64,000 nucleotides of DNA, from the NCBI RefSeq assembly GCF_009914755.1, contig NC_060947.1. One strand, written 5' to 3'. This DNA is from the human T2T-CHM13v2.0 reference genome, Homo sapiens. This document shows, piece after piece, positions 51,401-63,400 of this stretch. The translations under genes and the position numbers were made by a program. The notes below the pieces were generated by a model that saw only the letters and a list, made by a program, of their open reading frames with translations, searched no databases and had not been told where the DNA came from. Numbering within the stretch: position 1 is the stretch's first letter; every line of letters begins with the position of its first letter.

Positions 51401-54400
51401 ACCTGCAGATTCTACCAAAAGTGTATTTGGAAACTGCTCCATCAAAAGGCATGTTCAGCTCTGTGAGTGAAACTCCATCATCACAAAGAATATTCTGAGA
51501 ATGCTTCCGTTTGCCTTTTATATGAAGTTCCTTCCTGTACTACCGTAGGCCTCAAAGCAGTCCAAATCTCCATTTGCAGATTCTATAAAAAGAGTGATTC
51601 CAATCTGCTCTATCAATAGGATTGTTCAACTCCATGAGTTGAATGCCATCCTCACAAAGTCGTTTCTGAGAATGCTTCTATCTGGTTTTTGTGTGAAGAT
51701 ATTTCCTTTTCCACCACAGGCCTCAAAGCCCTCCAAACGTCCACTTGCAGATTCTCGAAAAAGAGTGTTTCATAGCTGCTCTTTCAAAAGGAAAGTTCAA
51801 CTCTGGGAGTTGAATACAAACATCACAAAGTAGTTTCCGAGAATGCTTCTGTTTAGTTTTTATGTGAAGATGATCCCGTTTCCAGTGAAATCTTCAAAGA
51901 GGTCCACATATCCCCTTGCAGATTCCAAAGAAAGAGGGTTTCAAAACTGCTCCATCAGAAGGATTGTTCAACTCTGTGAGTTGAATGCAGTCATCGCAGA
52001 AAACTTTCTGAGAATGCTTCTGTCTAGGTTTGATGTGAAGATATAGACGTTTCAAACGAAGGCTACAAAGTGGTCAAAATATACACTTGCAGATTCTACT
52101 ACAAGGGTGTTGCAAACCTGAACTATCAAAGGAAGGTTCAACTCTGTGAGTTGAATACAAACATCACAAAGAATGTTCTGAGTTTGCTTCCGTTCAGTTA
52201 TGGGAAGTTGATCCCGTTTCCAACGAAATCCTCAGAGAGGTCCAAATATCCCCTCGCAGATTCTACAAAACGTGTGTTTGGAAACTGCTCCATCATAACG
52301 AATGTTCAGCTCCCTGAGTTAAACTCCATCGTCACAAAGAATTTTCTGAGAGTGCTACCGTCTGGTTTTTATATGAAGTTCTTTCCTTCACTACCACAGG
52401 CCTCAAAGCGGTCCAAATCTCCACTTGCAGATTCTACAAAAAGAGTGTTTGCAAACTGCTCTATCAAAAGGAATGTTCAACTCTGGGAGTTGAATGCAAT
52501 CATCACAGAGCAGTTTCTGAGAATGCTTCTATGTCGTTTTTAGGAGAAGATATTTCCTTTTCCAACACAGTCCTCCAAGCCCGCTAAATAGCCACTTGCA
52601 CATTGTAGAAAAAGTGTGTCAAAGCTGCGCTATCAAAGGGAAAGTTCAACTCTGTGAGGTGAATGCAAACATCCCAAAGAAGTTTCTGAGAATGCTTCCG
52701 TTTAGCTTTTAGGTGAAGATTATCCCGTTTCCAACGAAACCTTCAAAGAGGTCCAAATATCCCCTTGCGGATCCCACAGAAAGAGTGTTTTGAAACTGCT
52801 GTTTCAAAAGGAATCTTCAACTCTGTGAGTGGAATGCAATCATCACAAAGAAGTTTCTGACAATGCTTCTCTCTCGTCTTTCTGTGAAGATAAAGGAAAA
52901 GGCTTTCAGGCCTTTTCCACCACAGGCCTGAAAGCGCTCCAAATGTCCACTTGCAGATTCTGCGAAAAGAATATTTCAAAACTGCTCTATGAAAAGCAAT
53001 GTTAAACTCTGTGGCTCGAACACAAACATCACAAAGCGGTTTCTGAGAATGCTTCAGTTTAGTTTTTCTGTGGAAATATTCCCGTTTCCAAAGAAATCTT
53101 CAAAGAGGTCCACGTATCCACTTACAGATTCTACAAAAAGACAGTTTCAAAACTGCTCCATCAAAAGGAGGGTTCAACCGTGTGACTTGAATGCAATCAT
53201 CACTCAGAAGTTTCTGAGAATGCTTCTCTTTAGTTTTTACGTGAACATATACCCGTTTCGAACGAAGGCCACCCAGTGGTCCAAATATCCACTTGCAGAT
53301 TATACAGAAAGAGTGTTTCGAACCTGAACTCTCAAAGGCAGGTTCATCTCTGCGAGTTAAATGCATTCATCATGAAGAACTTTCTCAGAGTGTTTGTGTT
53401 TAGTTATGGGAAATTATTCCCGTTTCCAACGAAATCCTCAGAGAGCTCCAAATATCCACCTGCAGATTCTACCAAAAGTGTATTTGGAAACTGCTCCATC
53501 AAAAGGCATGTTCAGCTCTGTGAGTGAAACTCCATCATCACAAAGAATATTCTGAGAATGCTTCCGTTTGCCTTTTATATGAAGTTCCTTCCTGTACTAC
53601 CGTAGGCCTCAAAGCAGTCCAAATCTCCATTTGCAGATTCTACAAAAAGAGTGATTCCAATCTGCTCTATCAATAGGATTGTTCAACTCCATGAGTTGAA
53701 TGCCATCCTCACAAAGCAGTTTCTGAGAATGCTTCTATCTGGTTTTTGTGTGAAGATATTTCCTTTTCCACCACAGGCCTCAAAGCCCTCCAAACGTCCA
53801 CTTGCAGATTCTCGAAAAAGAGTGTTTCATAGCTGCTCTTTCAAAAGGAAAGTTCAACTCTGGGAGTTGAATACAAACATCACAAAATAGTTTCCGAGAA
53901 TGCTTCTGTTTAGTTTTTATGTGAAGATGATCCCGTTTCCAGTGAAATCTTCAAAGAGGTCCACATATCCCCTTGCAGATTCCAAAGAAAGAGGGTTTCA
54001 AAACTGCTCCATCAGAAGGATTGTTCAACTCTGTGAGTTGAATGCAGTCATCGCAGAAAACTTTCTGAGAATGCTTCTGTCTAGGTTTGATGTGAAGATA
54101 TAGACGTTTCAAACGAAGGCTACAAAGTGGTCAAAATATACACTTGCAGATTCTACTACAAGGGTGTTGCAAACCTGAACTATCAAAGGAAGGTTCAACT
54201 CTGTGAGTTGAATACAAACATCACAAAGAATGTTCTGAGTTTGCTTCCGTTCAGTTATGGGAAGTTGATCCCGTTTCCAACGAAATCCTCAGAGAGGTCC
54301 AAATATCCCCTCACAGATTCTACAAAACGTGTGTTTGGAAACTGCTCCATCATAACGAATGTTCAGCTCCCTGAGTTAAACTCCATCGTCACAAAGAATT

Positions 54401-57400
54401 TTCTGAGAGTGCTACCGTCTGGTTTTTATATGAAGTTCTTTCCTTCACTACCACAGGCCTCAAAGCGGTCCAAATCTCCACTTGCAGATTCTACAAAAAG
54501 AGTGTTTGCAAACTGCTCTATCAAAAGGAATGTTCAACTCTGGGAGTTGAATGCAATCATCACAGAGCAGTTTCTGAGAATGCTTCTATGTCGTTTTTAG
54601 GAGAAGATATTTCCTTTTCCAACACAGTCCTCCAAGCCCGCTAAATAGCCACTTGCACATTGTAGAAAAAGTGTGTCAAAGCTGCGCTATCAAAGGGAAA
54701 GTTCAACTCTGTGAGGTGAATGCAAACATCCCAAAGAAGTTTCTGAGAATGCTTCCGTTTAGCTTTTAGGTGAAGATTATCCCGTTTCCAACGAAACCTT
54801 CAAAGAGGTCCAAATATCCCCTTGCGGATCCCACAGAAAGAGTGTTTCGAAACTGCTGTTTCAAAAGGAATCTTCAACTCTGTGAGTTGAATGCAATCAT
54901 CACAAAGAAGTTTCTGACAATGCTTCTCTCTCGTCTTTCTGTGAAGATAAAGGAAAAGGCTTTCAGGCCTTTTCCACCACAGGCCTGAAAGCGCTCCAAA
55001 TGTCCACTTGCAGATTCTGCGAAAAGAATATTTCAAAACTGCTCTATGAAAAGCAATGTTAAACTCTGTGGCTCGAACACAAACATCACAAAGCAGTTTC
55101 TGAGAATGCTTCAGTTTAGTTTTTCTGTGGAAATATTCCCGTTTCCAAAGAAATCTTCAAAGAGGTCCACGTATCCACTTACAGATTCTACAAAAAGACA
55201 GTTTCAAAACTGCTCCATCAAAAGGAGGGTTCAACTGTGTGACTTGAATGCAATCATCACTCAGAAGTTTCTGAGAATGCTTCTCTTTAGTTTTTACGTG
55301 AACATATACCCGTTTCGAACGAAGGCCACCCAGTGGTCCAAATATCCACTTGCAGATTATACAGAAAGTGTGTTTCGAACCTGAACTCTCAAAGGCAGGT
55401 TCATCTCTGCGAGTTAAATGCATTCATCATGAAGAACTTTCTCAGAGTGTTTGTGTTTAGTTATGGGAAATTATTCCCGTTTCCAATGAAATCCTCAGAG
55501 AGCTCCAAATATCCACCTGCAGATTCTACCAAAAGTGTATTTGGAAACTGCTCCATCAAAAGGCATGTTCAGCTCTGTGAGTGAAACTCCATCATCACAA
55601 AGAACATTCTGAGAATGCTTCCGTTTGCCTTTTATCTGAAGTTCCTTCCTATACGACCGTAGGCCTCAAAGCAGTCCAAATCTCCATTTGCAGATTCTAC
55701 AAAAAGAGTGATTCCAATCTGCTCTATCAATAGGATTGTTCAACTCCATGAGTTGAATGCCATCCTCACAAAGTCGTTTCTGAGAATGCTTCTATCTAGT
55801 TTTTATGTGAAGATATTTCCTTTTCCACCACAGGCCTCAAAGCCCTCCAAACGTCCACTTGCAGATTCTCGAAAAAGAGTGTTTCATAGCTGCTCTTTCA
55901 AAAGGAAAGTTCAACTCTGGCAGTTGAATACAAACATCACAAAGTAGTTTCCGAGAATGCTTCTGTTTAGTTTTTATGTGAAGATGATCCCGTTTCCAGT
56001 GAAATCTTCAAAGAGGTCCACATATCCCCTTGCAGATTCCAAAGAAAGAGGGTTTCAAAACTGCTCCATCAGAAGGATTGTTCAACTCTGTGAGTTGAAT
56101 GCAGTCATCGCAGAAAACTTTCTGAGAATGCTTCTGTCTAGGTTTGATGTGAAGATATAGACGTTTCAAACGAAGGCTACAAAGTGGTCAAAATATACAC
56201 TTGCAGATTCTACTACAAGGGTGTTGCAAACCTGAACTATCAAAGGAAGGTTCAACTCTGTGAGTTGAATACAAACATCACAAAGAATGTTCTGAGTTTG
56301 CTTCCGTTCAGTTATGGGAAGTTGATCCCGTTTCCAACGAAATCCTCAGAGAGGTCCAAATATCCCCTCACAGATTCTACAAAACGTGTGTTTGGAAACT
56401 GCTCCATCATAACGAATGTTCAGCTCCCTGAGTTAAACTCCATCGTCACAAAGAATTTTCTGAGAGTGCTACCGTCTGGTTTTTATATGAAGTTCTTTCC
56501 TTCACTACCACAGGCCTCAAAGCGGTCCAAATCTCCACTTGCAGATTCTACAAAAAGAGTGTTTGCAAACTGCTCTATCAAAAGGAATGTTCAACTCTGG
56601 GAGTTGAATGCAATCATCACAGAGCAGTTTCTGAGAATGCTTCTATGTCGTTTTTAGGAGAAGATATTTCCTTTTCCAACACAGTCCTCCAAGCCCGCTA
56701 AATAGCCACTTGCACATTGTAGAAAAAGTGTGTCAAAGCTGCGCTATCAAAGGGAAAGTTCAACTCTGTGAGGTGAATGCAAACATCCCAAAGAAGTTTC
56801 TGAGAATGCTTCCGTTTAGCTTTTAGGTGAAGATTATCCCGTTTCCAACGAAATCTTCAAAGAGGTCCAAATATCCCCTTGCGGATCCCACAGAAAGAGT
56901 GTTTCGAAACTGCTGTTTCAAAAGGAATCTTCAACTCTGTGAGTTGAATGCAATCATCACAAAGAAGTTTCTGACAATGCTTCTCTCTCGTCTTTCTGTG
57001 AAGATAAAGGAAAAGGCTTTCAGGCCTTTTCCACCACAGGCCTGAAAGCGCTCCAAATGTCCACTTGCAGATTCTGCGAAAAGAATATTTCAAAACTGCT
57101 CTATGAAAAGCAATGTTAAACTCTGTGGCTCGAACACAAACATCACAAAGCAGTTTCTGAGAATGCTTCAGTTTAGTTTTTCTGTGGAAATATTCCCGTT
57201 TCCAAAGAAATCTTCAAAGAGGTCCACGTATCCACTTACAGATTCTACAAAAAGACAGTTTCAAAACTGCTCCATCAAAAGGAGGGTTCAACTGTGTGAC
57301 TTGAATGCAATCATCACTCAGAAGTTTCTGAGAATGCTTCTCTTTAGTTTTTACGTGAACATATACCCGTTTCGAACGAAGGCCACCCAGTGGTCCAAAT

Positions 57401-60400
57401 ATCCACTTGCAGATTCTACAGAAAGAGTGTTTCGAACCTGAACTCTCAAAGGCAGGTTCATCTCTGCGAGTTAAATGCATTCATCATGAAGAACTTTCTC
57501 AGCGTGTTTGTGTTTAGTTATGGGAAATTATTCCCGTTTCCAATGAAATCCTCAGAGAGCTCCAAATATCCACCTGCAGATTCTACCAAAAGTGTATTTG
57601 GAAACTGCTCCATCAACAGGCATGTTCAGCTCTGTGAGTGAAACTCCATCATCACAAAGAACATTCTGAGAATGCTTCCGTTTGCCTTTTATATGAAGTT
57701 CCTTCCTATACGACCGTAGGCCTCAAAGCAGTCCAAATCTCCATTTGCAGATTCTACAAAAAGAGTGATTCCAATCTGCTCTATCAATAGGATTGTTCAA
57801 CTCCATGAGTTGAATGCCATCCTCACAAAGTAGTTTCTGAGAATGCTTCTATCTAGTTTTTATGTGAAGATATTTCCTTTTCCACCACAGGCCTCAAAGC
57901 CCTCCAAACGTCCACTTGCAGATTCTCGAAAAAGAGTGTTTCATAGCTGCTCTTTCAAAAGGAAAGTTCAACTCTGGCAGTTGAATACAAACATCACAAA
58001 GTAGTTTCCGAGAATGCTTCTGTTTAGTTTTTATGTGAAGATGATCCCGTTTCCAGTGAAATCTTCAAAGAGGTCCACATATCCCCTTGCAGATTCCAAA
58101 GAAAGAGGGTTTCAAAACTGCTCCATCAGAAGGATTGTTCAACTCTGTGAGTTGAATGCAGTCATCGCAGAAAACTTTCTGAGAATGCTTCTGTCTAGGT
58201 TTGATGTGAAGATATAGACGTTTCAAACGAAGGCTACAAAGTGGTCAAAATATACACTTGCAGATTCTACTACAAGGGTGTTGCAAACCTGAACTATCAA
58301 AGGAAGGTTCAACTCTGTGAGTTGAATACAAACATCACAAAGAATGTTCTGAGTTTGCTTCCGTTCAGTTATGGGAAGTTGATCCCGTTTCCAACGAAAT
58401 CCTCAGAGAGGTCCAAATATCCCCTTGCAGATTCTACAAAACGTGTGTTTGGAAACTGCTCCATCATAACGAATGTTCAGCTCCCTGAGTTAAACTCCAT
58501 CGTCACAAAGAATTTTCTGAGAGTGCTACCGTCTGGTTTTTATATGAAGTTCTTTCCTTCACTACACAGGCCTCAAAGCGGTCCAAATCTCCACTTGCAG
58601 ATTCTACAAAAAGAGTGTTTGCAAACTGCTCTATCAAAAGGAATGTTCAACTCTGGGAGTTGAATGCAATCATCACAGAGCAGTTTCTGAGAATGCTTCT
58701 ATGTCGTTTTTAGGAGAAGATATTTCCTTTTCCAACACAGTCCTCCAAGCCCGCTAAATAGCCACTTGCACATTGTAGAAAAAGTGTGTCAAAGCTGCGC
58801 TATCAAAGGGAAAGTTCAACTCTGTGAGGTGAATGCAAACATCCCAAAGAAGTTTCTGAGAATGCTTCCGTTTAGCTTTTAGGTGAAGATTATCCCGTTT
58901 CCAACGAAACCTTCAAAGAGGTCCAAATATCCCCTTGCGGATCCCACAGAAAGAGTGTTTAGAAACTGCTGTTTCAAAAGGAATCTTCAACTCTGTGAGT
59001 TGAATGCAATCATCACAAAGAAGTTTCTGACAATGCTTCTCTCTCGTCTTTCTGTGAAGATAAAGGAAAAGGCGTTCAGGCCTTTGCCACCACAGGCCTG
59101 AAAGCGCTCCAAATGTCCACTTGCAGATTCTGCCAAAAGAATATTTCAAAACTGCTCTATGAAAAGCAATGTTAAACTCTGTGGCTCGAACACAAACATC
59201 ACAAAGAGGTTTCTGAGAATGCTTCAGTTTAGTTTTTCTGTGGAAATATTCCCGTTTCCAAAGAAATCTTCAAAGAGGTCCACGTATCCACTTACAGATT
59301 CTACAAAAAGACAGTTTCAAAACTGCTCCATCAAAAGGAGGGTTCAACTGTGTGACTTGAATGCAATCATCACTCAGAAGTTTCTGAGAATGCTTCTCTT
59401 TAGTTTTTAGGTGAACATATACCCGTTTCGAACGAAGGCCACCCAGTGGTCCAAATATCCACTTGCAGATTATACAGAAAGAGTGTTTCGAACCTGAACT
59501 CTCAAAGGCAGGTTCATCTCTGCGAGTTAAATGCATTCATCATGAAGAACTTTCTCAGAGTGTTTGTGTTTAGTTATGGGAAATTATTCCCGTTTCCAAC
59601 GAAATCCTCAGAGAGCTCCAAATATCCACCTGCAGATTCTACCAAAAGTGTATTTGGAAACTGCTCCATCAAAAGGCATGTTCAGCTCTGTGAGTGAAAC
59701 TCCATCATCACAAAGAATATTCTGAGAATGCTTCCGTTTGCCTTTTATATGAAGTTCCTTCCTGTACTACCGTAGGCCTCAAAGCAGTCCAAATCTCCAT
59801 TTGCAGATTCTATAAAAAGAGTGATTCCAATCTGCTCTATCAATAGGATTGTTCAACTCCATGAGTTGAATGCCATCCTCACAAAGTAGTTTCTGAGAAT
59901 GCTTCTATCTGGTTTTTGTGTGAAGATATTTCCTTTTCCACCACAGGCCTCAAAGCCCTCCAAACGTCCACTTGCAGATTCTCGAAAAAGAGTGTTTCAT
60001 AGCTGCTCTTTCAAAAGGAAAGTTCAACTCTGGGAGTTGAATACAAACATCACAAAGTAGTTTCCGAGAATGCTTCTGTTTAGTTTTTATGTGAAGATGA
60101 TCCCGTTTCCAGTGAAATCTTCAAAGAGGTCCACATATCCCCTTGCAGATTCCAAAGAAAGAGGGTTTCAAAACTGCTCCATCAGAAGGATTGTTCAACT
60201 CTGTGAGTTGAATGCAGTCATCGCAGAAAACTTTCTGAGAATGCTTCTGTCTAGGTTTGATGTGAAGATATAGACGTTTCAAACGAAGGCTACAAAGTGG
60301 TCAAAATATACACTTGCAGATTCTACTACAAGGGTGTTGCAAACCTGAACTATCAAAGGAAGGTTCAACTCTGTGAGTTGAATACAAACATCACAAAGAA

Positions 60401-63400
60401 TGTTCTGAGTTTGCTTCCGTTCAGTTATGGGAAGTTGATCCCGTTTCCAACGAAATCCTCAGAGAGGTCCAAATATCCCCTTGCAGATTCTACAAAACGT
60501 GTGTTTGGAAACTGCTCCATCATAACGAATGTTCAGCTCCCTGAGTTAAACTCCATCGTCACAAAGAATTTTCTGAGAGTGCTACCGTCTGGTTTTTATA
60601 TGAAGTTCTTTCCTTCACTACCACAGGCCTCAAAGCGGTCCAAATCTCCACTTGCAGATTCTACAAAAAGAGTGTTTGCAAACTGCTCTATCAAAAGGAA
60701 TGTTCAACTCTGGGAGTTGAATGCAATCATCACAGAGCAGTTTCTGAGAATGCTTCTATGTCGTTTTTAGGAGAAGATATTTCCTTTTCCAACACAGTCC
60801 TCCAAGCCCGCTAAATAGCCACTTGCACATTGTAGAAAAAGTGTGTCAAAGCTGCGCTATCAAAGGGAAAGTTCAACTCTGTGAGGTGAATGCAAACATC
60901 CCAAAGAAGTTTCTGAGAATGCTTCCGTTTAGCTTTTAGGTGAAGATTATCCCGTTTCCAACGAAACCTTCAAAGAGGTCCAAATATCCCCTTGCGGATC
61001 CCACAGAAAGAGTGTTTCGAAACTGCTGTTTCAAAAGGAATCTTCAACTCTGTGAGTTGAATGCAATCATCACAAAGAAGTTTCTGACAATGCTTCTCTC
61101 TCGTCTTTCTGTGAAGATAAAGGAAAAGGCTTTCAGGCCTTTGCCACCACAGGCCTGAAAGCGCTCCAAGTGTCCACTTGCAGATTCTGCGAAAAGAATA
61201 TTTCAAAACTGCTCTATGAAAAGCAATGTTAAACTCTGTGGCTCGAACACAAACATCACAAAGAGGTTTCTGAGAATGCTTCAGTTTAGTTTTTCTGTGG
61301 AAATATTCCCGTTTCCAAAGAAATCTTCAAAGAGGTCCACGTATCCACTTACAGATTCTACAAAAAGACAGTTTCAAAACTGCTCCATCAAAAGGAGGGT
61401 TCAACTGTGTGACTTGAATGCAATCATCACTCAGAAGTTTCTGAGAATGCTTCTCTTTAGTTTTTACGTGAACATATACCCGTTTCGAACGAAGGCCACC
61501 CAGTGGTCCAAATATCCACTTGCAGATTCTACAGAAAGAGTGTTTCGAACCTGAACTCTCAAAGGCAGGTTCATCTCTGCGAGTTAAATGCATTCATCAT
61601 GAAGAACTTTCTCAGAGTGTTTGTGTTTAGTTATGGGAAATTATTCCCGTTTCCAACGAAATCCTCAGAGAGCTCCAAATATCCACCTGCAGATTCTACC
61701 AAAAGTGTATTTGGAAACTGCTCCATCAAAAGGCATGTTCACCTCTGTGAGTGAAACTCCATCATCACAAAGAATATTCTGAGAATGCTTCCGTTTGCCT
61801 TTTATATGAAGTTCCTTCCTGTACTACCGTAGGCCTCAAAGCAGTCCAAATCTCCATTTGCAGATTCTATGAAAAGAGTGATTCCAATCTGCTCTATCAA
61901 TAGGATTGTTCAATTCCATGAGTTGAATGCCATCCTCACAAAGTAGTTTCTGAGAATGCTTCTATCTGGTTTTTGTGTGAAGATATTTCCTTTTCCACCA
62001 CAGGCCTCAAAGCCCTCCAAACGTCCACTTGCAGATTCTCGAAAAAGAGTGTTTCATAGCTGCTCTTTCAAAAGGAAAGTTCAACTCTGGGAGTTGAATA
62101 CAAACATCACAAAGTAGTTTCTGAGAATGCTTCTGTTTAGTTTTTATGTGAAGATGATCCCGTTTCCAGTGAAATCTTCAAAGAGGTCCACATATCCCCT
62201 TGCAGATTCCAAAGAAAGAGGGTTTCAAAACTGCTCCATCAGAAGGATTGTTCAACTCTGTGAGTTGAATGCAGTCATCGCAGAAAACTTTCTGAGAATG
62301 CTTCTGGCTAGGTTTGATGTGAAGATATAGACGTTTCAAACGAAGGCTACAAAGTGGTCAAAATATACACTTGCAGATTCTACTACAAGGGTGTTGCAAA
62401 CCTGAACTATCAAAGGAAGGTTCAACTCTGTGAGTTGAATACAAACATCACAAAGAATGTTCTGAGTTTGCTTCCGTTCAGTTATGGGAAGTTGATCCCG
62501 TTTCCAACGAAATCCTCAGAGAGGTCCAAATATCCCCTCGCAGATTCTACAAAACGTGTGTTTGGAAACTGCTCCATCATAACGAATGTTCAGCTCCCTG
62601 AGTTAAACTCCATCGTCACAAAGAATTTTCTGAGAGTGCTACCGTCTGGTTTTTATATGAAGTTCTTTCCTTCACTACCACAGGCCTCAAAGCGGTCCAA
62701 ATCTCCACTTGCAGATTCTACAAAAAGAGTGTTTGCAAACTGCTCTATCAAAAGGAATGTTCAACTCTGGGAGTTGAATGCAATCATCACAGAGCAGTTT
62801 CTGAGAATGCTTCTATGTCGTTTTTAGAAGATATTTCCTTTTCCAACACAGTCCTCCAAGCCCGCTAAATAGCCACTTGCACATTGTAGAAAAAGTGTGT
62901 CAAAGCTGCGCTATCAAAGGGAAAGTTCAACTCTGTGAGGTGAATGCAAACATCCCAAAGAAGTTTCTGAGAATGCTTCCGTTTAGCTTTTAGGTGAAGA
63001 TTATCCCGTTTCCAACGAAACCTTCAAAGAGGTCCAAATATCCCCTTGCGGATCCCACAGAAAGAGTGTTTCGAAACTGCTGTTTCAAAAGGAATCTTCA
63101 ACTCTGTGAGTTGAATGCAATCATCACAAAGAAGTTTCTGACAATGCTTCTCTCTCGTCTTTCTGTGAAGATAAAGGAAAAGGCTTTCAGGCCTTTGCCA
63201 CCACAGGCCTGAAAGCGCTCCAAATGTCCACTTGCAGATTCTGCGAAAAGAATATTTCAAAACTGCTCTATGAAAAGCAATGTTAAACTCTGTGGCTCGA
63301 ACACAAACATCACAAAGCGGTTTCTGAGAATGCTTCAGTTTAGTTTTTCTGTGGAAATATTCCCGTTTCCAAAGAAATCTTCAAAGAGGTCCACGTATCC

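Noticed and set aside
1695-58570. Private 1-bp deletions at ~1701 (aaatcttaaag), ~6456 (tctagttttatg) and ~58565 (actacacagg)
   Set aside because: These are singletons absent from sister copies and cannot be told apart from consensus or homopolymer errors without reads.
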